Made by a program: the position numbers and the translations under genes. The notes under the pieces are model-generated. The model worked only from the letters and a program-made list of their open reading frames with translations, ran no database searches and had not been told where the DNA came from. This document shows, piece by piece, positions 27,405 through 36,715 of a DNA stretch of 38,244 bases. The stretch covers positions 1 through 38,244 of the IMG/VR virus record IMGVR_UViG_3300032608_000446. The stretch is one strand, 5' to 3'. Each line of letters opens with the position of its first letter. The stretch's first letter is position 1. Source of the stretch: a virus (lineage: Duplodnaviria; Caudoviricetes).

Positions 27405-27619
27405 ATTACCCAACGATATTCAAAGTACGAAACGAACATCACAACCTTCCGACATGCCCTTGTGGGGACTGCCGGAAGGAACGCGGGCGGCGTCTGGCTT
27501 CCAAATCCCGACACCCCTCTCTTTCCCCTCGTTCGGCCAAGATCCTTGGCTACATTTCGCGACTCCATCCCGATGGTTCAGTCGCCCGCGGCTTGATGAA
27601 GAAAACGGGCGTGGTCTAG
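27401..27619 (+). CDS. Small basic hypothetical protein (CPCGDC)
   Basis: ATGA-coupled. Confidence 0.5.
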   Translation: MNYPTIFKVRNEHHNLPTCPCGDCRKERGRRLASKSRHPSLSPRSAKILGYISRLHPDGSVARGLMKKTGVV

Positions 27620-27658
27620 CAACGGCCTCGTCTACAACCCAGCAACAGGAGAAAAGAA

Positions 27659-28357
27659 ATGCCAGACGACATGGCAAGGGCGCTTGGCGCTCCGAGCCCA
27701 CTCACCATTACAATCGCCGGGAAAGAATGCCAGGTACGACCACTTGGTGTTCGGGAACTCACCGTGGCCGAGCGAGATTGCCTTGAGCGGTATCGCCGGA
27801 GCTACATTAAGACCTACGCCGACAATGATGATCTGATCCCGGATGGTTCAATGAAGGTGGTTGAGAAGGCAGAGGAGGCGGCCCGTTGGGACGTTGGGGA
27901 TCTTCCCCACAAGACAGCCTATTCGGTTGAGAATGTCAAGGTGACGGCCGAGTTGCAGGACTACCTACGGGACGAGTTCGGCCTGGGCAAAGCCCCAACG
28001 AAGGGACAGAAGAAGGATATGTCATCGGCCGAGTTTGCCAAGCTCAAGAAGAAGAGCGGGTTGACTACAGAGCGTTGGCAGCGGTTGGCGGCCAGTGCCA
28101 TGGACAGTGGGGTCTTGTCTCCCGAACGGTTTGAGGAGATGACCGAGGCCCCGCCGAAGAAGGGGAAGGTGCCCTATGTTAATTGGTGGATCACCGGATG
28201 CTTCGAAGGCATGATCACCTTTTGTTGGGTGTGTTTCAGAAAAGAAGGCGTTTCACGGGAGCAGGTAGCCGATGCCTTGACTGACCGACCGGCGATGCTG
28301 GTTGAGTTGAGTCGGGAGATCGAAAAGCTATCTGTTCCTCAGGAAAAAAATGGATAG
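27659..28357 (+). CDS. Tail assembly chaperone (gpG-like)
   Basis: ITIAGKECQVRPL...L..AE N-terminus; ends EKNG* over a slippery site; upstream of the tape measure gene. Confidence 0.75.
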   Translation: MPDDMARALGAPSPLTITIAGKECQVRPLGVRELTVAERDCLERYRRSYIKTYADNDDLIPDGSMKVVEKAEEAARWDVGDLPHKTAYSVENVKVTAELQDYLRDEFGLGKAPTKGQKKDMSSAEFAKLKKKSGLTTERWQRLAASAMDSGVLSPERFEEMTEAPPKKGKVPYVNWWITGCFEGMITFCWVCFRKEGVSREQVADALTDRPAMLVELSREIEKLSVPQEKNG

Positions 28358-28396
28358 GGCTCGCCGCACTTCGCAGGGATGAAGAAGACGGCGAGC
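28345..28396 (+). promoter_or_regulatory. -1 programmed ribosomal frameshift: A AAA AAT heptamer plus downstream stem
   Basis: Heptamer 28345-28351 in X XXY YYZ register; 7-nt spacer; GCTCGCCG/CGGCGAGC stem (28359-28396); -1 frame open to 28827. Confidence 0.8.
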
Positions 28397-28827
28397 AGGA
28401 CTTAACAGAGTATCGAGGCGGCCTGTTATACGGGATCGGACCATGGCACGTTCACATTCTTTGCAGCTCACCGATGTCAGTGGATGGTGGCTTTGGAATG
28501 AGCATCGAAGAAGTGGCCGTTATGACCCTGGACTCGATCATGTGCTTATTCGCCAATAGGAAGCTGTTGGAGAGCCGAGGCGGGGGCAAGGGCGGGGTGC
28601 CTTCGGAACCGAGGGCTGCCGCGGCGATGTTGGAGGCCGACGAGGATGGACTGTACAAGGGAGTGTCTGAGGATGGTAAGCCGATGCGGGCCAGGATAGG
28701 AGGCAAGAGCGTGGCAAGGAAACTGATTGAGGCTGAGAAAGTGAAGGAAGAGGAAGAAGCGAAGATAGCGGCTCAAAAGAAGAACAAACGAGGAAGAAGA
28801 CGCGGGAGGAAGAATCGTGGGTCTTGA
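28351..28827 (+). CDS. Frameshift-extended tail chaperone, C-terminal part (gpGT-like)
   Basis: -1 frame WIGLAALRR... is continuous with ORF 28474..28827; GFGMSIEEVAVMTLD resembles T-segments. Confidence 0.7.
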   Translation, partial: WIGLAALRRDEEDGEQDLTEYRGGLLYGIGPWHVHILCSSPMSVDGGFGMSIEEVAVMTLDSIMCLFANRKLLESRGGGKGGVPSEPRAAAAMLEADEDGLYKGVSEDGKPMRARIGGKSVARKLIEAEKVKEEEEAKIAAQKKNKRGRRRGRKNRGS

Positions 28828-30904
28828 ACTAGCCAAAGCATGGGTGAGAGTTGGTGTTGATTCCTCCGCCATCATTCCTGGCATGAACGTGGTGAAGAAG
28901 CTCATCGGTGGGTCAATGGGTCGAATTCTCGGTACCATCACCAACAAGTGGATGATGTTGACTGCTGCCATCGGTGGCGGTTTGACGGTGTTGGGTTCCC
29001 TTCGATCTGCTGGTAAGTTTGAACAGACCACCATCGCCTTTGAGACCATGCTGGGGTCGGCTGAGGAAACGAAAAAGGTGTTGGGCGAACTGACAGAGTT
29101 TGCTGCCTTGACCCCTTTTGAAATGCCGGAGATCGAGGCGGCTGCCCGAGGATTGATTCAGTTTGGAACGCGGGGAAAGGACTTGATGGATACCCTCAAC
29201 ATGTTGGGCAATGCCGCATCAGGCACCTCTACGCAATTTGGTATGGTGGCCCTGATCTTCAATCAGATCCGTGGTGTGGGCAAGTTGCTCACACAAGATT
29301 TCCGGCAGTTGTCCACCAGGGGAATTTTGTCGCTGCAGGATGTCGCTGACCACTTCAAGGTCACAACCGCCGAAGCCCAGAAGATGATGAGCAAAGGCAA
29401 GATTTCCTTTGAAGATGTCAAAGCCATTTTCAAGGGGTTGTCGGGCGTAGGTGGTCGATTTCATAATTTGATGGAGAAGCAGTCGAAGTCACTGTTGGGT
29501 CTATGGTCAACTTTCCAGGATGCCGTTGGAATTACCCTCAGAACATTCGGGCAGGTCCTGGCACCCGCTGCAAAAGAGGTTGTGAAGCTGCTCATCGGGG
29601 CTGTCGAGTGGATCCGAGCAATGATCGCGGCCGTGACCGAACACGAGCGGTTCAAAGCTGTTTTGGTGGTGATTGCTCAAGCCTACGGGAACATCAGAGA
29701 AGCGGTGATGAGTGCGGGCATGCAAGTGGTCACTTCCGTCCGTTCCATTTTGGAGTGGATGGGCTATGTTGGGGAGGAGGGGGAGACGATCCAAGACACC
29801 GTAGCAAATTTGTTCCTGGGCATGTCCGAGGCCGTGGCCAGTTTTGTACTCAAGGCATCGGCATGGATCAATGTCTTCGTTGAGCGGTGGACCGAGGTTT
29901 GGGTCATGTTCAAGAATACCGCTCACGCGGCTCTTGTTTTTATCTCCGAGATGTCGAACAAATACTTCACCAAGGTGCTGCCGGCGGCCATCAACATGTA
30001 CGTACGGGTCGGCACCGAGTTGCTCGTGAAGCTATTCACCGAGGTGTACCCAGCGGCTATCGAGGCTGGGTTGACGATCGGCGCAAACATGTTGTTGAAC
30101 TTCTACACTAAATTCTACCCACAATTGGTTGGTTGGGGGTTGAGCAAGTTGGTCGATCTGTGGGATGAGCATGGTGATATGATTCTTCAGCTCATGGGTG
30201 TGGTTGGGGAGGGCTTGGCAAAGATACTCGCAAACGTGCCCAAAATGGCAGCTTTGTTGATGGCTCCGGGTGGAACCCTTTTGGCTGAAGCCTTCATGCA
30301 GGCCATGGAGGATGGAATTCAAAATGATATTGATAACGTTCTTAACAGTTTTGATAAGGGGTTTGTTGGGGGAATGCCGAGTTTTGCAGATCTGTTGGAT
30401 GAGGAAAATCCGAAGGTACAAGCTGCGATGGACAAGCTTGGTAGTCTCTGGAAAAACGCCCTTGTGTTCACCCCGGAAACTCAAGGGGCCATTGATGGAT
30501 ATGTGTCGTCTCTGTGGGATATGGTGACCCCCAGCGAGAAGGTGATGGGAATTTGGAATAAAGTGTCGAACGTATTCAAGGATTGGCAGTGGGACGCCCT
30601 GCTACTCCAGATACCCGATCCATTGGCGGGGTGGATTTCCGATCCCGCAAAGGTGGCCAAGGAAGCTGAGGCTGCTGGGAACATTCAAGGCCGAGCGGCC
30701 GGCGAGATGCTCATCAAGGCTGGTACCCGGGTCAACATTGGAGATCTCGGCCAGAAGATCCAAGATGCCATGTTCAAGGCCGAGAAGGATGCCAAGAAAG
30801 AAGCCTTGGAAGCAAAAAAGATGAAGGTAGCCGAAGAAAGCCGGGACAGTTTGAAAACCATTGCAGGCCAAACCAAGGATCTGACAGCGAAGGCCGCCCC
30901 ATGA
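28817..30904 (+). CDS. Tape measure protein (695 aa)
   Basis: ELAKAWVRV N-terminus; FETMLGSAEE.KKVL.EL..FA..TPFE.PEI, QI...GKL..QD..QL..RGI tape-measure domain; long helical W-periodic region. Confidence 0.9.
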   Translation: MGLELAKAWVRVGVDSSAIIPGMNVVKKLIGGSMGRILGTITNKWMMLTAAIGGGLTVLGSLRSAGKFEQTTIAFETMLGSAEETKKVLGELTEFAALTPFEMPEIEAAARGLIQFGTRGKDLMDTLNMLGNAASGTSTQFGMVALIFNQIRGVGKLLTQDFRQLSTRGILSLQDVADHFKVTTAEAQKMMSKGKISFEDVKAIFKGLSGVGGRFHNLMEKQSKSLLGLWSTFQDAVGITLRTFGQVLAPAAKEVVKLLIGAVEWIRAMIAAVTEHERFKAVLVVIAQAYGNIREAVMSAGMQVVTSVRSILEWMGYVGEEGETIQDTVANLFLGMSEAVASFVLKASAWINVFVERWTEVWVMFKNTAHAALVFISEMSNKYFTKVLPAAINMYVRVGTELLVKLFTEVYPAAIEAGLTIGANMLLNFYTKFYPQLVGWGLSKLVDLWDEHGDMILQLMGVVGEGLAKILANVPKMAALLMAPGGTLLAEAFMQAMEDGIQNDIDNVLNSFDKGFVGGMPSFADLLDEENPKVQAAMDKLGSLWKNALVFTPETQGAIDGYVSSLWDMVTPSEKVMGIWNKVSNVFKDWQWDALLLQIPDPLAGWISDPAKVAKEAEAAGNIQGRAAGEMLIKAGTRVNIGDLGQKIQDAMFKAEKDAKKEALEAKKMKVAEESRDSLKTIAGQTKDLTAKAAP

Positions 30905-31809
30905 GTGTAAATATATCAAGCACCAATTGGACCCTTTCCACACCCGGGGGGATTAAGTACAAGTTGGTCGAAGGTTATCCAAAGGGCTCGTTCGAGGATG
31001 AAACGGCTAGTATTGAAGAGCAGTACATCATTCGAGCCAACCAGCTAAACGCCTTCATCGCCGAATCTTTTCCAAGCACGCTTGTGATGGGTGGTCAGTG
31101 GTTTTTTCGTGGAAAGCGGGTCTGCCCCCACCACAATCGTCTCTACACCAAACGAGTGGCGTTCGAGCCGTTTGATGAGACCCGGCCCTGTGACCCATTC
31201 AATGTTCATGGGGCTGATGTTGCCACCTACTCCGAGAACTTGAAACTTACGATCAGCTACTCCGTCGACGAAGACCAAGAGTCAGAAGACAACAACAACG
31301 AATCCTTTCTGACAGTAACAGCCGACACGGGTGGGGAATGGCTGGTCGTTGATGCCGCAGAAGATGCTGTGTGGGCAGGTGAGGGGGCGTGGGAGGGGTT
31401 GGATGAGGAAACGGAAGAGTTTCAGTTGCCGGCGTCTCAATTGGTACCTAAGACACAATGGAACGTCAAGTGGCCGAAATTTCCAAATTCTGTCTTGCCA
31501 GACATGGTGACCCGCTGTCGAAAGGCATTTGGTAAGGTCAATTCCGAGGCAATGCCATTGTTTCAAGATGCCGTTGCAGCGACAATCTTGTTTACGGGCT
31601 TTTCCTACAGCCAAGAATACAGTTGGAAAGAGGGGCCGGCCGTATCGTTTGACATGTCATTTGATGAGAAGTTCATTGAAGATGGGAATGTTTTTGATGA
31701 GGATGTAACCCACCAACATACCTATCGACCGGGTAAGGGGTTTCAAAAGTTGTTGATAAATGATGAAGCTCTCTACAAAACAAACGACCACAACGATTTG
31801 TTCACATGA
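30901..31809 (+). CDS. Putative distal tail/baseplate protein
   Basis: Immediately after the tape measure gene; acidic, beta-rich. Confidence 0.55.
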   Translation: MSVNISSTNWTLSTPGGIKYKLVEGYPKGSFEDETASIEEQYIIRANQLNAFIAESFPSTLVMGGQWFFRGKRVCPHHNRLYTKRVAFEPFDETRPCDPFNVHGADVATYSENLKLTISYSVDEDQESEDNNNESFLTVTADTGGEWLVVDAAEDAVWAGEGAWEGLDEETEEFQLPASQLVPKTQWNVKWPKFPNSVLPDMVTRCRKAFGKVNSEAMPLFQDAVAATILFTGFSYSQEYSWKEGPAVSFDMSFDEKFIEDGNVFDEDVTHQHTYRPGKGFQKLLINDEALYKTNDHNDLFT

Positions 31810-32834
31810 GCACCAAACCCGGCAAACCCGGCGACCTTGAGGGCGGCGATTCCATCTCCGCTTCGAAGTTTCTCAATCCAGTCAAACGGGCAGCCTTTCG
31901 GTCCGTTGGGATAGGCTCGAACACGTTTGGTCAGTTTGGGCCTGATCAGACATCTTTGGGGATTCCAACTCCATGGGCCCAGCGAGAGGTGGAAATCAGT
32001 GATTTGAACGAGAACGATGACGATGCTGATAACAGCGCTCGGTACTTGTGCCGAGTTCGTTTCTGGAACAACGTCGATGAGGTTTGGAAGTCGCAGGAGA
32101 AGGAATGGAAGCTAGATTGCCTTGACCTCGGCAACCAGCTCTTTGTCGGGGCCCGGTTGACGGCCTATTGGAATCCCATGCGGAAGCGATTCATTCCCAC
32201 CGAGCCCGGCATTGGTTGCGCGATGTTGACCGAGACGCTGGTCCGTTGCGGAACGGCCAAGGCCAAGGTTCTCAATCCAGACTGCGATGAACTTCAGGAA
32301 ATTACGGTCAAGGACTTCGTCGACATTCTGGCGGGGGATTGGCGAGAGCAGCTGTTGCCTGACACAATGGTATACTTCCGCCCGGTCGGCTACGCCGCGT
32401 TGGACTACGCCGGTGACCTGGATGGGCGAAGCGTTGGAAGTACGGGGCAGTACGAGATCATAGCGGCCGGGGGCAATTGTTGCGAGGATCAGTCGTCCTC
32501 GTCTTCCTCCAGTGAATCATCCGAATCATCCAAGTCGTCACTTTCCAGTGAATCGTCTTCGGAATCGTCGAACTCGTCCATGAGTTCCGAGTCGAGTAGT
32601 CCCAGCTCAGAAAGCTCAGAATCCTCCTGTGGGGATGGTTTTGTAGGCACTCGGGAGGTGTTGATCGGTTGTCCAGCAATGGATGGTGAATTGTTGGTGT
32701 TTGAGCGGGAGCTGTGGAGATTTTCGGCAGGTCGTTTGTGTCAGGTAACAGCAATGGATGATTGTGAAGTGGATATATGCAATCCCTGTGACGATTCCTC
32801 ATCATCATCATCATTGGGATCATCAGCCCCATGA
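31806..32834 (+). CDS. Putative tail-tip protein with Ser/Glu tracts and Cys-rich C-terminal module
   Basis: CCEDQ-SSSSSSSESSESS... (about 45 aa, 32493-32627) and PCDD-SSSSSSLGSSAP*. Confidence 0.65.
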   Translation: MSTKPGKPGDLEGGDSISASKFLNPVKRAAFRSVGIGSNTFGQFGPDQTSLGIPTPWAQREVEISDLNENDDDADNSARYLCRVRFWNNVDEVWKSQEKEWKLDCLDLGNQLFVGARLTAYWNPMRKRFIPTEPGIGCAMLTETLVRCGTAKAKVLNPDCDELQEITVKDFVDILAGDWREQLLPDTMVYFRPVGYAALDYAGDLDGRSVGSTGQYEIIAAGGNCCEDQSSSSSSSESSESSKSSLSSESSSESSNSSMSSESSSPSSESSESSCGDGFVGTREVLIGCPAMDGELLVFERELWRFSAGRLCQVTAMDDCEVDICNPCDDSSSSSSLGSSAP

Positions 32835-33670
32835 AATTGATACGAGTCAAATTGTCAATGGATGGCATGTGTTCCAACCTCAACCGATTGCTGAACGTTT
32901 GTGATTACGCCAAGGGGTGGGCCGAAGTGGTTCCCTGGTGGCCCCGATCGTTGTATGGCAATTGGCGTGACTTCTTTCGGGTTAGAAAAAGCTCCCATGG
33001 ACAATTCGATGAGGACATTGATGTTCGGGAGTCTCGTTGGATGAAGGAAGTCAACTTGACCAGCAGGTGGTTCAAAACATTGAGTGGTTACATGATTTTG
33101 GCGGATCCCAAAGACCGACAACGGGCCGAGGAGTTGGCCTGGGTGAATATACTCCCCCGGAAATACATCAATCAGATGGTCAAGCAGGCCTTGGAATACT
33201 TGCCCCAACCCGCCGTTGGTCTGCATTTACGCAGTCACTCGTTTGGACATGCCGGGGCTCCCCAATTGAATCGGTTGTTGGGATTTGGAAATCCACCTTA
33301 CGAGGCATACTTTTCAGCCATTGATGGGTTGGATTCTCATTTATTCATTTGGTTGGCGACCGACTCCCAAGCTGTAGTCGATCGGATGAAAGAGCGTTAT
33401 GGAAGTCGGGTGCGTCTGCTTTCGATTTGCGTCAATCAAAAGGGGGAGCCACACATCAACGGTGGTTATCCCCCCATAATCAAGGGGACCGACATCTTGA
33501 CCGATGTTTTCTTGTTGGCTAAATGTAAGTATTTTATTCACGGCGTAAGCAACGTGAGCAATTTCATATTGTGCTGGAACTCCAAACTCCCACACACAAA
33601 CATCTACGGTGAATTGATAAAGCAGGAGAAGAACGATGGTGTGCGTCTACCTGGGCGAGTCGAAGAATGA
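32831..33670 (+). CDS. NodZ/O-fucosyltransferase-like GT-B glycosyltransferase
   Basis: GMCSNL, VGLHLRS, IWLATDS..VVD, D..LLAKC..FI...SNVS fucosyltransferase motifs. Confidence 0.75.
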   Translation: MKLIRVKLSMDGMCSNLNRLLNVCDYAKGWAEVVPWWPRSLYGNWRDFFRVRKSSHGQFDEDIDVRESRWMKEVNLTSRWFKTLSGYMILADPKDRQRAEELAWVNILPRKYINQMVKQALEYLPQPAVGLHLRSHSFGHAGAPQLNRLLGFGNPPYEAYFSAIDGLDSHLFIWLATDSQAVVDRMKERYGSRVRLLSICVNQKGEPHINGGYPPIIKGTDILTDVFLLAKCKYFIHGVSNVSNFILCWNSKLPHTNIYGELIKQEKNDGVRLPGRVEE

Positions 33671-34784
33671 GTTTCGGAACAGGGAAGAGCTGTTCAAGTG
33701 TCAGATTAACGGGGAGTGTGTTCGACAGAATGGTCACCGTCGGATGGCTCAGTGCAACAAATGTTCCAAGCGGCTGGAGCTGGGCGATCCTGACTTCGTG
33801 AAAAAGTGGGAAGACCCGGTGGTTGTCTATGATCGGCGGGTGGAGCCCACCAAGGGTCTGCGGGATCTCCTGGCTGGCGGGACGGCCTTTCTTGTTTGCG
33901 GGGGCCCATCGGCCGATCCCTTCCTCGACAGGCTCAACTCCCGTGGGTGCTTTTCCCTGGCAGTCAACAACGCCGGGGCCCACAAGGTACGGCCGCAGGC
34001 GTTCGTCTGCAGTGACCCCCCAATGAAGTTCCACCAGGATATTTGGCTGGATCCGGGTTGCATGAAGTTCGTGCCCTCTGCCAAGCTCAGCGGCCGGCGT
34101 AACCGGATGCGGACCAAGATCGATGGGGTGTTCCGGAGAGCCAATCGTGGGATCGACCTCGCCCCGAATGTCTGGGCTTTCAAACGCTGGTCCTGGATGT
34201 ATCCCGACGATCGGTTCTTCCTGGCCGATGGCTGCTGCTGGGGGAACCAGGACGATGGGTGTCGGAAGACCGGGGAGGAGAAGACTGTCTGCACGATGCT
34301 GCTGGGGCTCCGGTTGCTTCGGTACCTCGGGGCTGCCCGGATATACTTGGTTGGGGTCGATTTCAACATGTCCCCCGAGCATGGTTACTCGTTCAACCAG
34401 GCAAGGAATGTCGGGGCATCGGCATCGAACAATCGGCAATTCGGGGTCGTCAATGATTGGCTCTGCAAGATGCAGAGGGGCGGGACATTCAAGCGATTCG
34501 GTCTGGAACTGTTCAATTGTTGCGAGCGGTCTGGGCTGAGGGCTTTTCCGCATGTACCATTCAACGAAGCCCTGGCAGATGCGAAGGGTATAATAGGAGT
34601 GAGGGAGAAAGCCGAAGGCGGAGAGCCCGACTGCGAGGGTTGGTATGAGAAATCAGAATGCCCGAAGTGTGGGTCGTGGCACCTTCGATACTCGGCAACA
34701 GAGTGCAAATGCCTGAATGAGAAGTGCGGGCTGAAGTGGGATCCCAGAAATCCCCCGAATTTCAAACCGGAGAAGAAGAAATGA
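33636..34784 (+). CDS. Maf/DUF115-like (sialyltransferase-related fold) transferase with Cys-rich termini
   Basis: AFLVCGGPS, LAVN, F..SDP, LGAARIYLVGVDF, LFNC...S.L..F. Confidence 0.7.
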   Translation: MVCVYLGESKNEFRNREELFKCQINGECVRQNGHRRMAQCNKCSKRLELGDPDFVKKWEDPVVVYDRRVEPTKGLRDLLAGGTAFLVCGGPSADPFLDRLNSRGCFSLAVNNAGAHKVRPQAFVCSDPPMKFHQDIWLDPGCMKFVPSAKLSGRRNRMRTKIDGVFRRANRGIDLAPNVWAFKRWSWMYPDDRFFLADGCCWGNQDDGCRKTGEEKTVCTMLLGLRLLRYLGAARIYLVGVDFNMSPEHGYSFNQARNVGASASNNRQFGVVNDWLCKMQRGGTFKRFGLELFNCCERSGLRAFPHVPFNEALADAKGIIGVREKAEGGEPDCEGWYEKSECPKCGSWHLRYSATECKCLNEKCGLKWDPRNPPNFKPEKKK

Positions 34785-35197
34785 ATAAGCAACGGGTCCA
34801 AGAGATGATGGATTTGATGGAGAAGGTCGAGGCGGAGCTGGAAAAATACAAGGGTGAAGAAATCGTGGCTGGGGAACACCCGCTCCATAAGGCAGTGGTG
34901 GAATTGGAGCACCTATGCGTCAAACGGGAATCCCATGATAGGCTTCCCCTCGGGGTTCAAACGCTTTGGTATCAGCTGCTACAAGTCAGCCGTCATGGAA
35001 CATTTATCACAGGTAGCCCCCGGAGCGTCTTCTTCAACAGCAATCGATTTGTGTTCGACAATCCGGATCGAAAGAATTGGCCTGGGGCCATGGCATTTTT
35101 GATGCAAACAGTTTTGAGGGGCAGCCGCCGATGGTTGGAATTGGTGTTGGAAACCGACGGCAACCTACCGAAAATAGCGAGGAAGAGAAATGAGTAA
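34781..35197 (+). CDS. Hypothetical protein
   Basis: GGAG RBS; ATGA overlap. Confidence 0.65.
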   Translation: MNKQRVQEMMDLMEKVEAELEKYKGEEIVAGEHPLHKAVVELEHLCVKRESHDRLPLGVQTLWYQLLQVSRHGTFITGSPRSVFFNSNRFVFDNPDRKNWPGAMAFLMQTVLRGSRRWLELVLETDGNLPKIARKRNE

Positions 35198-35289
35198 GTA
35201 TCCGAAAGACCATGAATGGGAACACGTCGGCACGGGCAAGGCCAGCGGCAATGCCCAGGACCGGCGGCGAACGAAGAGGAGAAAGAACA

Positions 35290-35703
35290 ATGAGCGAAAA
35301 GTTCAAACCGCAGTGGGAGGATAAGTGTTGGGGTCGAGTCCAACACATCTTTGTTGAGCCCGCAGCAGCCGTCAGCAAGCTTCAGGTCAACTCGGGGTGG
35401 ATGTGCTCCCGTCATTCCCACAAACATCGGTACAACATGTTTTCAATCGATAACGGAGCGGTTGTTGTCGAGGAATGGGATAATGAGATGGGCCTGGCAA
35501 CGACCATAGTGGGAGCTGGGGAAGTCCTGGTCGTGCCACCGGGAATCGTCCACCGCTTCCGGGTTCTGCGACGTGGGAGTTTGGTAGAGGTCTATTGGAC
35601 TGAGGATGGTACCGATGTTGATGCGAACGACATCAATCGGCTTGACATCGGTGGGAAAGATGAAACCCTTGAGCAGGAACTCAAGGAAGCAGGGTTGATA
35701 TGA
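35290..35703 (+). CDS. Cupin (sugar isomerase/epimerase-like)
   Basis: K.WG, KL.V..G..CS.H.H, GEVLVVPPG.VHRF, LVEV. Confidence 0.75.
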   Translation: MSEKFKPQWEDKCWGRVQHIFVEPAAAVSKLQVNSGWMCSRHSHKHRYNMFSIDNGAVVVEEWDNEMGLATTIVGAGEVLVVPPGIVHRFRVLRRGSLVEVYWTEDGTDVDANDINRLDIGGKDETLEQELKEAGLI

Positions 35704-36497
35704 TCCCCGAATACACCACCGTAGTTGGCGTTGATAAGCACCACCTTGAACAATTGGCCTATACCTGGCCCACTTGGGCGAAGCACAAGCCGTGGTTGTT
35801 GGACAACCCGATGATCGTATTCTATGATCGGCGGCAGGTGGCCGAGCAACAGATCCGGAAGGTGGTCCTACATTCCAATCTAACGGCCGTAGCATGGCCG
35901 TATGAGCCCTCCGTTGAGTTTAGTGGGGATAATTCCTCCAAGTGGGACAACGCCCAGAGAAACCGCATGCTGAGCGGATTCGTGCATGTGGCGGCCAAGT
36001 ATGTTCAAACGCCCTATTGGTTGAAGATTGACACCGATGTGGTGGCTGCTGGGCAGAATGGTTGGATCGACCCGACTTGGTTTGAGGAAGAGCCGGCTAT
36101 GATCGCTCATCGTTGGACATTCACAAAGCCCCCGGATCAGATGTGGAAGTTGGATTGCTGGGCAGAGGAAAACATGGAGTCGTTGCCGTTTTTGAAGGGG
36201 ACCGATCCGCTCAAACTGTACCCGGCAAGTCTGCAATCCGAGCGTCTGGGGCACAAGCGGATTATCTCGTGGTGTGGTTTTTTCCAGACAAGTTTCACCC
36301 GGGTTTGTGCCGCGGCGGCTACTGCAACTTGTCCGCCCCTGAATTTGCCGTGTTCATCGCAGGACGGATTTATGTTCTATATGGCCAAGCGGATAGGGTT
36401 CCCGATCGTTTCGACAAACATGAAGAAACGTGGTTGGCAGCATTGGTCAGCTATGAGAAATGTTGTGGAATACTCACGGAAGGCAATGGAGGTGTGA
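35700..36497 (+). CDS. GT-A-fold glycosyltransferase-like protein
   Basis: TVVGVD, MIVFYD, YWLKIDTDVV (DxD), QDG, GWQH. Confidence 0.6.
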   Translation: MIPEYTTVVGVDKHHLEQLAYTWPTWAKHKPWLLDNPMIVFYDRRQVAEQQIRKVVLHSNLTAVAWPYEPSVEFSGDNSSKWDNAQRNRMLSGFVHVAAKYVQTPYWLKIDTDVVAAGQNGWIDPTWFEEEPAMIAHRWTFTKPPDQMWKLDCWAEENMESLPFLKGTDPLKLYPASLQSERLGHKRIISWCGFFQTSFTRVCAAAATATCPPLNLPCSSQDGFMFYMAKRIGFPIVSTNMKKRGWQHWSAMRNVVEYSRKAMEV

Positions 36498-36498
36498 C

Positions 36499-36705
36499 AT
36501 GGATAGAATAGCCTATGCGTTCCAGGGAGCCATGAACCGGCTGTGTCGGAAGTGGTTGGTGGATTGGAAGTGGAGGGGAAGGCGAATGGATCGAGGATGG
36601 TCAAAACGGGAATGGGCTTCGTTGGTTGGTTATAAGCTGCGAAATCCTTGGTTGTGGTGGACAGCTTTGTGGGCAAGGTGGTTTGAACTGTGGCTCTGGT
36701 TTTGA
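36499..36705 (+). CDS. Small Trp/Arg-rich hypothetical protein
   Basis: GGAGG RBS; fills the gap. Confidence 0.5.
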   Translation: MDRIAYAFQGAMNRLCRKWLVDWKWRGRRMDRGWSKREWASLVGYKLRNPWLWWTALWARWFELWLWF

Positions 36706-36715
36706 AAGTGGTGAC

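Noticed and set aside
35190-35324. 44-aa ORF MSKYPKDHEW...
   Set aside because: Has a plausible RBS but is short, overlaps the cupin gene and has no motif; too uncertain to call.
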